64,000 nt of DNA from an uncultured Peptoclostridium sp. (GTDB taxonomy: Bacteria; Bacillota; Clostridia; Peptostreptococcales; Peptostreptococcaceae), in contig CBDULP010000004.1 of the NCBI GenBank assembly GCA_965368085.1, positions 25,401 to 89,400 of the forward strand, read 5' to 3'. Below the pieces are notes generated by a model. That model saw only the letters and a list, made by a program, of their open reading frames with translations. It made no database searches and was not told where the DNA came from. Shown one piece after another: positions 39,601 to 47,295 of the stretch. Every line of letters starts with the position of its first letter. Positions within the stretch are counted from its first letter, which is position 1. A program made the position numbers and the translations under genes.

Positions 39601-39906
39601 AATATGGGCCTGGTTGAGCTCGTTTCTCATCTTTATTTCAAATTCGTTTCCCGATATATTCCTCTCCGGACTTTTGTCTATGTAGTATTCCCTACTGAGC
39701 TCCTTCTTCTCCCCTATGAAACTGGGCTCTGTAAATATGAATCTCATGTTTTTAATCTTTCCAAGCTCCTTGCGGAGCTCTTTGTAAGCATATATCGTGA
39801 AATATGCCGATACCACCGAAATCTTAGATCCCGCCCGTATATGATTTTTAAGTTCTTCTCCAACACGCCCATTTTTTTTATTATCCAGCATTTTCAAATT
39901 ATTCAT
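36652..39906 (-). CDS. SNF2-family helicase with ~200-aa N-terminal accessory domain
   Basis: SNF2 motifs: I ADSVGLGKT, II VIDESHNFRN, III MLSATPVNN, and C-terminal helicase motifs (ISEGQNLQD, WNPVRIIQRFGRIDRLG). The N-terminal domain resembles PLD/NgoFVII-like modules seen on such helicases, but I see no HxK motif. Confidence 0.8.
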   Translation of the reverse strand: MNNLKMLDNKKNGRVGEELKNHIRAGSKISVVSAYFTIYAYKELRKELGKIKNMRFIFTEPSFIGEKKELSREYYIDKSPERNISGNEFEIKMRNELNQAHIARECADWLREKVQVKSFKSANPAQQRLIFVENKDVNVSINGTVDFTADGLGFASSSRNDMNACIIGNEATIQFMQQFNELWEDESKLEDVKRKVLEQMQVIYKENTPEFIYFVTLYNIFRDYLDELTEDNIVKTKTGFKDTLIWNKLYKFQKDGVLGAIDKLEKHNGCIIADSVGLGKTYSALAVIKYYELRNDRVLVLSPKKLRENWTVYTQNDRRNILVDDRFNYDVLNHTDLSRYNGYSGEINLESVNWSNYDLIVIDESHNFRNNNLRKDKKTRYSRLLEDVVKAGVKTKILMLSATPVNNKMNDIKNQIAFITEGNDRAFEGEGIASLEQTLRKAQLVFNRWLELSEGERTTDVFVEMMNTDYFKLLDTVTIARSRKHIEKYYNVAEIGKFPVRRKPINKYTDIDTTGNFPPLEHVNKAIKNLNMSAYSPLKYVLPEKRALYSEKYDVHVKNGNSIFRQTDREQALINLMRINILKRMESSISSFGLTVSRLLSQIDGMLKKIEANQLEYDEGISIMDVDEYDAEYEDVLIGSKVKVLIQDMDLIRWRQDLEDDKDKLEQLLIESAKVTNKRDAKLKSLKELIIEKLENPVNCGNKKAIVFTAFSDTAQYLYENLSSWIMDEYRLHSALVTGSGGNRTTLKSVARKDLNSILTNFSPISKERDKIQSDARDEIELLIATDCISEGQNLQDCDFLVNYDIHWNPVRIIQRFGRIDRLGSKNESVQLVNFWPNMQLDEYINLEARVAGRMVLLDISATGEENVIEFDEKKKMNDLEYRKKQLKQLQDEVVDLEDISGGISITDLTMNDFKMDLMENMKCERDKLDRAPMGMYAIASSKGKFASEDMASGVIFTLRQINASAKPQEHNPFYPYYMVYVNEDGTVRHSHIHMKKTMDYYKKLCLGKSSVDLELVETFNRDTREGIDMERYSELLEVAIESIIGKTEEKGVASLFGKGGTTMQKNLFSGIEDFELISFLIIK

Positions 39907-40146
39907 CCACTATTCCCCCAGATATTCCCTTTCTACACATAAAACCATATTATATATATATTATCAGATTTTCCTTCTTTATGGTATGTATGTAATTTGT
40001 GGAAATTTGTAGTGCAGTGTCATGCAGTTAAACCATTTTTAAAACAAAAACATATTTTTAATCAACACCCGCTATTCTCCAAAACAAATATACAAAAAGG
40101 CAGACCCCTAAGAAAGGTTTGCCTTTTTACATTTCACTGTTCAATT

Positions 40147-40212
40147 TCACCCATTCAGCTTTTCTCTCACAAGATATCTGAATGTGTGATATATAAAATT
40201 CCCTGCAAGCTT
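40147..40212 (-). pseudogene. Remnant of the 3' end of a second ERCC4-type nuclease gene
   Basis: About 58 nt at 40156-40213 are roughly 88 percent identical to 41766-41823. The remnant translates to KLAGNFIYHTFRYLVREKLNG-stop, versus ALAGDFMYHTFKYLVREKLQG-stop for the intact gene at 41756-42280. Confidence 0.7.
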
Positions 40213-40239
40213 TTTTCAACAAATTCTACAAGTTGTTCT

Positions 40240-41037
40240 CTATTCATGTGCCCACTCCATTTTGAGCTTGTCCAAGAAATACATTTGCCCTTTCCCCGTC
40301 ATAAGCGTTGTGAACGTCTGGATATCACCCTGAATATCCTTAACTATCCCCGACGCTACTTCAAACAAACCTTGTTCGAGATATTGTTGTTTGGGATGAT
40401 TTTTCTCTTTCCCTCTTGTAACTAAATAGCCTTTTTCACGGAGCCATCCGAACATTCTATTCCTGCCTATCTTGATTTCTTCTCTGTCATATACCATCTT
40501 GCAAAACTGGCCTATGTTTATACTGTCGCTACTTGTTGCAATTGCCTGTCCTAAGCTGGTATATGGCTTATCCTGCTCTATCTGATTTTCAAGTTGCCTT
40601 GTCATTTCCTGCTCATGTTTGAGGTCAGTTGCAAGTCGAATTATTGTATCTGGGTTTAAAAGCACTTCCTCAATCTTTTGCGATGTCATGTATGCTCCAT
40701 GCTTGTGGATTGTAGGAAGGACATCATCGAATACCCAGCGTTCAAATTTTTCAGCCGTTGGAAGCTTCGACTTTACAATGAGCCTATATAAATTCCCCTC
40801 ATTGATGAACTTCATTTCCTGGGTTCTACCCATTGAATCTATGACCTCACGTTTTGTTAGCCCATCTTCCTTGCAGTGGTCTATTACTGCCTTATACGGA
40901 TTTGCATATCCAAGAGCCTTTGCTATTTGTGTTGCTCCAAACCATTCTTTTCCGTCTAAAACTATAACTTCTATTTCTCCAAATTCGGTGTTGCTGAAAA
41001 TCTGTAAGTTGTTTATATTGTCGTGTTTTATATACAA
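40240..41037 (-). CDS. Phage antirepressor: BRO N-terminal domain plus KilAC/ANT C-terminal domain
   Basis: FSNTEFGEIEVIVLDGKEWFGATQIAKALGYANPYKAV is BRO-N; IGRNRMFGWLREKGYL ... PKQQYLEQGLFEV is KilAC-type. Confidence 0.85.
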   Translation of the reverse strand: MYIKHDNINNLQIFSNTEFGEIEVIVLDGKEWFGATQIAKALGYANPYKAVIDHCKEDGLTKREVIDSMGRTQEMKFINEGNLYRLIVKSKLPTAEKFERWVFDDVLPTIHKHGAYMTSQKIEEVLLNPDTIIRLATDLKHEQEMTRQLENQIEQDKPYTSLGQAIATSSDSINIGQFCKMVYDREEIKIGRNRMFGWLREKGYLVTRGKEKNHPKQQYLEQGLFEVASGIVKDIQGDIQTFTTLMTGKGQMYFLDKLKMEWAHE

Positions 41038-41224
41038 TATTTTTATCCTTTATCCTTGTTGGAATGTCCTGCATATCAGGCATTAGTTTTTCATAGTGCT
41101 GTGCCAAGCGGTGTAAAAATATCGGGCTTATGAGGTCATATCTGCCCTTGCCGGCGGCAGGCTCCCTCACGGCTCCGCCTTCTATATACACTATGCGCTC
41201 TCCGGAATCATTCAGCTTGTTCAT
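41038..41224 (-). pseudogene. Truncated 5' fragment of a dATP/dGTP diphosphohydrolase-N-like phage gene
   Basis: The first ~47 codons of ORF 40892-41224 read ...AAGKGRYDLISPIFLHRLAQHYEK, resembling the GK-R-x-DL-x-P ... A ... Y-x-x-G-x-x-KY start of that family. The frame then runs through the BRO upstream region and into the BRO gene out of frame. Confidence 0.3.
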
Positions 41225-41624
41225 CGGCCTTCACCGCCTGGCCACGCTGCCTGTTGTAAACCTTCGAACGGTTAAGCCACATTATGGCTTCCTCAATATG
41301 TGTAATCGCATTGGCCTTATGTCTGCACCTCGTATCCTTTTGCGCTTGCAGGTTCTCAAGTTTGCAAAGAACCATATTTAACGCATCTATGTCGGTTACT
41401 CCGCTGTCATTTGCATTTCTATTTTGCTTAAATGAGTCCTGGAAAACAACTTTACCTAACAGTTTTGTCCTCCTGGCATTCGGGCCACGGCCTTTCTTGA
41501 ACACATAAAATTCAGAAGGCACATTATCGTCTGTCATTGATCTTTTGTCGAAGTATATCTCCGTTTTGTTGTTATCCGCAAGGTCCTTGTTGTATTTTAC
41601 TAATGTATTTTCAAATCCTATCAT
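41208..41624 (-). CDS. Hypothetical phage-type protein
   Basis: 138-aa ORF in the operon. The C-terminal AITHIEEAIMWLNRSKVYNRQRG resembles a helix motif frequent in small phage proteins. No function assignable. Confidence 0.45.
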   Translation of the reverse strand: MIGFENTLVKYNKDLADNNKTEIYFDKRSMTDDNVPSEFYVFKKGRGPNARRTKLLGKVVFQDSFKQNRNANDSGVTDIDALNMVLCKLENLQAQKDTRCRHKANAITHIEEAIMWLNRSKVYNRQRGQAVKADEQAE

Positions 41625-41755
41625 CTATTTTCTCTCTCCTTTATGGCTCTTGTGAGCCTTGTATTATATTCTTGATCTCCAGTAATAAGACGACTGGCGG
41701 CTGTTTTGGGTCGTAATCCTAGCCGCGCATAATAGCATTGTGAACCTGGATCTGC

Positions 41756-42280
41756 TTATCCCTGCAGTTTTTCTCTTACAAGATATTTAAATGTGTGATA
41801 CATAAAATCCCCTGCAAGCGCTTTATCGATAAATACCGTGCCCATGTCATACCTTGCTTCGAATGCTTTCAATGTGGCAATAAAGCTTTTGGGTAAATAC
41901 TGGCTCCTGTAATTGTGGCTGATTATGTCGCCATAGCTGGCGCCTTCGATAAGCAAAATGGCTTTGCCTTTCACTCGTAAAAGTTCACTTTCGATTCTGG
42001 TCCTGTCATTTGCAAAGTTCCCTGCGAGCTCATCTAACGACCCTTTTCGCTCGATTACTAAGTCGCTACTGAAGTACACGTCCCTCATGATTCCCAGTTC
42101 TGGATTTGCAGGCAGCATGCAGCTGTAATCTCCATAGTCCAAACATTCTTCTTTATAAGAGATGTGTTTCGAGTCAAAGTATTCCAAAATGTGCTGGTTC
42201 TTTTGCTCCCGTGTGTCTGAAATTATCACCATATTCTTCAGCAGAGTCTCAATTTCCTTTTTTGTGTAGTTATAGTTCAT
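41756..42280 (-). CDS. ERCC4-domain nuclease
   Basis: SDTREQ ... YGDYS ... LVIERKGSLDELAGN matches the ERCC4 signature (GDx(n)ERKx3D). Confidence 0.75.
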   Translation of the reverse strand: MNYNYTKKEIETLLKNMVIISDTREQKNQHILEYFDSKHISYKEECLDYGDYSCMLPANPELGIMRDVYFSSDLVIERKGSLDELAGNFANDRTRIESELLRVKGKAILLIEGASYGDIISHNYRSQYLPKSFIATLKAFEARYDMGTVFIDKALAGDFMYHTFKYLVREKLQG

Positions 42281-42310
42281 TTAATTCCTCCCTATATTCC
42301 TTGCATTTTG

Positions 42311-43135
42311 TTAATACATGCCTGCTGGATGTATACAAAAATACCTGTTCATAGCTGTAAAAAAGGCTATTATGTTGCCATTGTTCGCTTTTGGCAAAGC
42401 TTGAAAATGCTCTTCCACTTTCTCTATGAAGATATCTATGTCTATATCATTTGATTCTAGTATTTCAATATTGCTCAGTATGGTATCCAATTGCCATTCT
42501 GTTACTCGCATGTGCTCTTTTCCCATGAACCGTCTGAAACAGTCCTTATAAGCCAAAAGAAACGGATCGTCATCCGGTAGGATGATGTATTCACGGCTCT
42601 CCGCTAGAGGTTCTCCTATCGACGCGGAGGGTTGTATAGTCTCAGTTTCTTTAATCTCAGTCTCAATACTCTCAGTATCATTACCTGAAATGTTTTTACT
42701 GAGTAAATCGAACCCTCCTTTCTCTATTGAATGAAGAAATCTTTCCCTCCAATTGTATTTAGTTTCACTACCGTCTGTGGTCTCTTTACCGCCTACAGGC
42801 ATTATAAATATTATGTTAGGCTTGTTTAATCCCTGGCGTTTTTCCCTTATCAGCCCATGTTCCTCTAGCTGCTTAATGGCTTTTCGCACCGTTGGTTGGC
42901 TGCACCCTAACAGGTCCCCCATGCTTTCCCTTGAATAAATTACGTACGCTTCACCGTTATCATCAGCCCATCCATTTTTCAGACTCAAATCATGCCTATC
43001 TCGCAAAAGCGAGTACAAAACCTTCGCATTAATAGATAGTTTTTTCAGATCTCCTTCAAATAGAAATTTCGGCATTTGATAAAATCTATAATTGTCGGCA
43101 TCACGCTGCATGCCCCGCTTATGTTTTTTTTCCAT
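42311..43135 (-). CDS. Replication initiator protein A (RepA_N family)
   Basis: YRFYQMPKFLFEGDLKKLSINAKVLYSLLRDRHDLSLKNGWADDNGEAYVIYSRESMGDLLGCSQPTVRKAIKQLEEHGLIREKRQGLNKPNIIF is the canonical RepA_N N-terminal domain. Confidence 0.88.
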   Translation of the reverse strand: MEKKHKRGMQRDADNYRFYQMPKFLFEGDLKKLSINAKVLYSLLRDRHDLSLKNGWADDNGEAYVIYSRESMGDLLGCSQPTVRKAIKQLEEHGLIREKRQGLNKPNIIFIMPVGGKETTDGSETKYNWRERFLHSIEKGGFDLLSKNISGNDTESIETEIKETETIQPSASIGEPLAESREYIILPDDDPFLLAYKDCFRRFMGKEHMRVTEWQLDTILSNIEILESNDIDIDIFIEKVEEHFQALPKANNGNIIAFFTAMNRYFCIHPAGMY

Positions 43136-43180
43136 ACACCCTCCTCAATTTAAGCAGTTACGTTGTTCAACACCTTACTT

Positions 43181-43444
43181 TTATTGCCATCCCTTGAATC
43201 CATCTTCCATTGCATAGGTTTCAAGCCAGCTTACAAATGCCTTCTTTGGTATTATTATTCTTCTGCCATGGATTATTTTCGGGAATCCTTTTATGTTTAC
43301 CATGTCTCTCATTAGCCTCTCAGAGCAGCCACACAGCTTTGCTGCATCCTTGACGTTAATGCACAACTTTTGTTCCTGATGTGCCAGTTGCTCCTCTAGT
43401 GCCTCAATCCTACTTACAAGTTCTTGATAACTGTTTTCTTCCAT
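43181..43444 (-). CDS. Excisionase-family / MerR-like helix-turn-helix DNA-binding protein
   Basis: INVKDAAKLCGCSERLMRDMVNIKGFPKIIHGRRIIIPKKAFVSWLE is the HTH_17/excisionase-type pattern, preceded by a coiled coil. The start is taken at ATG 43444 after GAGGAGGTG; the ORF track starts at 43525. Confidence 0.7.
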   Translation of the reverse strand: MEENSYQELVSRIEALEEQLAHQEQKLCINVKDAAKLCGCSERLMRDMVNIKGFPKIIHGRRIIIPKKAFVSWLETYAMEDGFKGWQ

Positions 43445-43637
43445 TCTCATCCACCTCCTCAAACAATCCATCACCACTAATACCAAAATATTCTTCCAAC
43501 TTCTTTTTATACCCTGGATATGCATATAGCTTTGAAGCCTCCAACTTTCCTATGGTGCACGGAGAAATCTTTGTCTCGAAAGCTAATTGATTTTTTGACA
43601 TATTCCTTTTTCTTCTTTCGTACTCAAGTCGCAACAT
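43410..43637 (-). CDS. XRE-family HTH transcriptional regulator
   Basis: MSKNQLAFETKISPCTIGKLEASK is an XRE-type HTH. The likely start is ATG 43637, 8 nt after AAAGGAG; the track starts at GTG 43646. Confidence 0.7.
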   Translation of the reverse strand: MLRLEYERRKRNMSKNQLAFETKISPCTIGKLEASKLYAYPGYKKKLEEYFGISGDGLFEEVDENGRKQLSRTCK

Positions 43638-43662
43638 TCTTATCACTCCTTTGTTTTAATCA

Positions 43663-43687
43663 GCATAGACGATTGCTCTGTGTCTAT
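43663..43687. promoter_or_regulatory. Inverted repeat CATAGAC-N11-GTCTATG in the divergent control region (candidate operator)
   Basis: A perfect 7-bp inverted repeat lies between the leftward XRE operon and the rightward 404-aa/integrase operon. Confidence 0.25.
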
Positions 43688-43764
43688 GTATATGTTATGC
43701 TATTTTTAAAACGGTGTGAATGTTTCAGTCCGTTGTATTTTTTTAATGTTATAGGAGGTTTATT

Positions 43765-44979
43765 TTGGAATCGAAAAAAACAAGCAATGAATTATATAGA
43801 GCTAATCGTCTTTGGGTAAAGGCAAGTGATTATACATTGTATGAAGAGAATGGAAGCTATTCTATTGTGCCCAAAGAAAATGCTACCATCGAAAAATATG
43901 ACCCTTTTGAAGAAGCTAAGGAACTAATAAATGATTTTATACAAATGGCCAATGAAATATTCAGCCACCACTATGCAGATATGATATCTCTCAAAAGTCA
44001 TATCAAATCATTAAACAGGCATCCAAGCAGGTCAAATGTAAAGCAGTTAGAAAGTCTCAAACGCAAACTGGCAAATACCTATACAACTATAGGTAATCGT
44101 ATATTGGTTTTCGTAGGAAAATACGGATTATTTGGTTTATTCCAATCATTTGCCCATGATATTATATATGTTCAAACTGATGATTTTGGCACTCGGGAGT
44201 ATGGCGTCATACCAACAGCGGAATATTTGCGAAAAAAAAATATCACTCCTCGAAATATAGGTGATATGCTTATCGCTCATGATTCATATATAAAGGATTT
44301 CTTCCCAACCACAAAAAAGCCTCAGAACTATTACGAAGATTATGAAATGTTCTTTAAAAGCTATGGTGAAAATGTGGATGATTTAATTCATGCGATTAAT
44401 TACATCAGGAAAAAAATCCAAGTTATTGCAAGTACTCTAGATCCTAGTGAATTTAACGAAAATAAAATAAAAATAAATGAGGTAACACTCTATAATCAAA
44501 TGGATAAAAATGGAGATATACATATCATATATGGCTTCAATTCTTTATATGATGCAATCCAGCTAATGCACATAAAAGATAAAGTTCGAAATACAAAAAT
44601 TTGTGCAAATCCTGAGTGTAAAATACCATTTGTAAAAAGACATAAGGACCAGATTTATTGCACGCCAGAGTGTTCTGAAAAATACAGGCAACACAAATTT
44701 CGTAATAGGAAACATGAAGAAGCAAAAAAAATAATATTAAAGAAAAAAGATGAAGGTTTCACATTCGAAGAGGTTTTAGCGTATGTAGAAAAAAATTGCG
44801 ACTATATAACAAAGAAAAAAGTCAAAGAATTTTACTACGACACCAAGAACCTGGAAATCAAAATAAAAAACATGCTTGAAGAAAGCAAAACAGTCGCAGA
44901 AGTACATTCTTTATATGGTCATATTTTTGATATCGAAAAAATCAGGAGGCTAAACAGAGACGTATTGAAAATGAGGTGA
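43765..44979 (+). CDS. Hypothetical protein with C-terminal Cys4 zinc-ribbon-like motif
   Basis: TTG start 6 nt after AGGAGG. CANPECKIPFVKRHKDQIYCTPEC motif. No family recognised. It lies directly upstream of the integrase, with a 6-nt gap. Confidence 0.5.
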   Translation: MESKKTSNELYRANRLWVKASDYTLYEENGSYSIVPKENATIEKYDPFEEAKELINDFIQMANEIFSHHYADMISLKSHIKSLNRHPSRSNVKQLESLKRKLANTYTTIGNRILVFVGKYGLFGLFQSFAHDIIYVQTDDFGTREYGVIPTAEYLRKKNITPRNIGDMLIAHDSYIKDFFPTTKKPQNYYEDYEMFFKSYGENVDDLIHAINYIRKKIQVIASTLDPSEFNENKIKINEVTLYNQMDKNGDIHIIYGFNSLYDAIQLMHIKDKVRNTKICANPECKIPFVKRHKDQIYCTPECSEKYRQHKFRNRKHEEAKKIILKKKDEGFTFEEVLAYVEKNCDYITKKKVKEFYYDTKNLEIKIKNMLEESKTVAEVHSLYGHIFDIEKIRRLNRDVLKMR

Positions 44980-44985
44980 TTTAAA

Positions 44986-46167
44986 ATGTCTAAGAAAAGA
45001 GGAAATAATGAAGGGAGCATATACAAACGTGGCGATGGCAAATGGTGTTCTCAGATAACAATCGGGAAAAAGCCTGACGGCTCCCCCAAGAGAAAGTATT
45101 TCTATGGCAAGACCAGGCAGGAAGTAGCCGAAAAGATGAACAAAGCTCTCAACAGCATAATGACCGGCAACTTCGTTGAGCCATCTACAATTACAGTTAC
45201 CGAATGGCTTCATATATGGCTGTTTGAGTACAAGAAAAATAGCGTAAGGCCTTCCACATTCGACAGTTATGAAAGTCTTTCACGTGTTCATATATGTCCT
45301 ACTATAGGAATGATTAAATTGAAAGATTTGAAACCCGAGCACCTGCAAACCCTTTATAATGAAAAGCTCAAGAGCGGACTCTCCACTCGAACAATCAAAT
45401 ATCTCCATACCATTATGCACGCTGCTTTAAAACAGGCAATAAAGAACAATTTGGTCATTCGTAATGTTTCAGAAGCGACCACACTTCCAAAGCAAAAGAA
45501 AACCGAAATCAAAACACTCAGCATAGAAGAACAAGCAAGATTCATAGGTGCCTTAAATGGAGAACGGTTAGAAGCAGCCTTTATTTTGGCTCTCTCTACA
45601 GGAGTTAGACAAGGTGAGCTTTTAGCACTTCGCTGGAAGTACGTAGACTTCGAAGAAGGGGCCATTAGGATTGTAAGTTCATTAGGTAGGGTTAACAACC
45701 ATGACCCTAATGCTGACACGAAAACAACTCTTATGTACCAAGAGCCCAAGACAAAAAACGGGAAAAGAACCATACCTTTGCCTGGTGCTGCAGTTGAAAT
45801 ATTAAAGCAACACCGAAGGCATCAGCTTGAGGAGAAACTGGCTGCCGGAGAAATTTACGAAGACAACGACCTTGTATTTGCCACAACACTGGGAAAACCA
45901 ATAGACTCTAAAAATTTGGTGAGAAGGTTCAAGGCAATCCTGAAAAAAGCTGGAATTGACAACATCAATTTCCACGCCCTACGACACACCTATGCGACAA
46001 GATTTGTTGAATTAAACGAACATCCAAAAGTGGTCCAAGAACTCATGGGGCATAGTGATGTAAGAATAACACTAGACATATATTCTCATGTAATGCCAGA
46101 AGTTAAGAAATCGGCTGCCAAGAAAATAAACCATCTATTTGAAACGAGCAGCAAGAAAGTTAAATAG
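44986..46167 (+). CDS. int: Tyrosine-type site-specific integrase
   Basis: N-terminal SAM-like/arm region and a catalytic domain with R (LSTGVRQGELLAL), HALRHTYATRF, and GHSDVRITLDIYSHV (catalytic Tyr). Confidence 0.92.
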   Translation: MSKKRGNNEGSIYKRGDGKWCSQITIGKKPDGSPKRKYFYGKTRQEVAEKMNKALNSIMTGNFVEPSTITVTEWLHIWLFEYKKNSVRPSTFDSYESLSRVHICPTIGMIKLKDLKPEHLQTLYNEKLKSGLSTRTIKYLHTIMHAALKQAIKNNLVIRNVSEATTLPKQKKTEIKTLSIEEQARFIGALNGERLEAAFILALSTGVRQGELLALRWKYVDFEEGAIRIVSSLGRVNNHDPNADTKTTLMYQEPKTKNGKRTIPLPGAAVEILKQHRRHQLEEKLAAGEIYEDNDLVFATTLGKPIDSKNLVRRFKAILKKAGIDNINFHALRHTYATRFVELNEHPKVVQELMGHSDVRITLDIYSHVMPEVKKSAAKKINHLFETSSKKVK

Positions 46168-46499
46168 TAACATTGCCTGTAAGCTTAATCAATTCACCTG
46201 CAAGTAAATCGAATATATCAACAGACAAGCGGAAGTCATTGTTCCTAATGGTTTCCGTTTTTTTGTTTTGAGAATTGCCTCTGTCACTGTCTCTGTAAAA
46301 TGTCCCTTCATGGAACAAATATATATAATATGGTAAAATATACATAATAGTATATATGAAACACTACATATTGTATGAATAGCATATAGGCCAATTCTGT
46401 AGTTCAAGCTTACAGATAGCAATCAACTGCATTCATTGTAAAAAAATGGCTATTCATTTAGGCGAATGATTATAAGCTATCTCAGGGGAAGGTGATATC

Positions 46500-47078
46500 A
46501 TGGGCGGATATGGTTCAGGATTTAGAGGAATACGAAAGCTTACGACAAGCGAATGTCTATGTCTGAACATTGCGCAGCTCTCAAAAGGATACTTGCAACC
46601 AGAATCAACTCTATCGGTCAAATGGGAAGGTGGGGCCAGCATAGATATTGAAGTACATGACACTTACCTGCAGCTTCAGTATGCACTTAAAGGCCAAGAG
46701 CATATATACCCTGTGAGACTCAATAGAATGGCCTGTAACTATGGCGGTTATCGTACATGGTTTATATGTCCATGCTGTGGTAAAAGAGCCTTGAAGCTCT
46801 ATCTGAAGGCTGGCAAATTCCTTTGTCGAAAGTGCCATAACCTCAACTACAAAAGCAGCCAGAAAAACCATGATGAGATAGCCCGTGTGGACTATAAGCT
46901 AACAACAAAAGCCTATAAACTGGGGATAAAGGGACTATGCACTTATGAGCTGCTCGCGGAGCTCCCGTTCATTCAAAAACCAAAGGGAATGCACTGGAGA
47001 ACATATGAACAAATTCAAGGGGAGCTTCTGTCATTGTTGAGCTCAAGAAATGATGCTCTTGTAGATATTTTGGAGTAG
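46500..47078 (+). CDS. Hypothetical zinc-ribbon protein
   Basis: MGGYGSGFRG ... NYGGYRTWFICPCCGKRALKLYLKAGKFLCRKCHNLNY is a CxxC...CxxC ribbon. This is a widespread uncharacterised type. It is the last gene before attR. Confidence 0.5.
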   Translation: MGGYGSGFRGIRKLTTSECLCLNIAQLSKGYLQPESTLSVKWEGGASIDIEVHDTYLQLQYALKGQEHIYPVRLNRMACNYGGYRTWFICPCCGKRALKLYLKAGKFLCRKCHNLNYKSSQKNHDEIARVDYKLTTKAYKLGIKGLCTYELLAELPFIQKPKGMHWRTYEQIQGELLSLLSSRNDALVDILE

Positions 47079-47161
47079 GTATCCACATGCTGTACTTACG
47101 GCAAAAAAACAAAGCATCATCTATATCCAAGTATTTTGAATAATCACAGCCACTATAGCTG

Positions 47162-47183
47162 TACAGCAACCGTACAGCTACCC
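47162..47183 (+). repeat. Second copy of the tandem 11-mer pair (TACAGCAACCG-TACAGCTACCC)
   Basis: See 25265-25286; one mismatch. Confidence 0.8.
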
Positions 47184-47295
47184 GGGTGAAAAACAGTGCA
47201 TTCATATGCATTCACAGCAATTTCCATCCACTAAAAACGTACTATTTGCAACACATTCAGTCTTTTTGTACCCCCAGGAAATTCCAGTCGTCTAT

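Noticed and set aside
40892-41224. 110-aa ORF treated as an intact gene.
   Set aside because: Only the first ~47 codons look protein-like. The remainder crosses the BRO gene's upstream region and overlaps the BRO coding sequence by 146 nt in another frame. It is reported instead as a probable truncated remnant.
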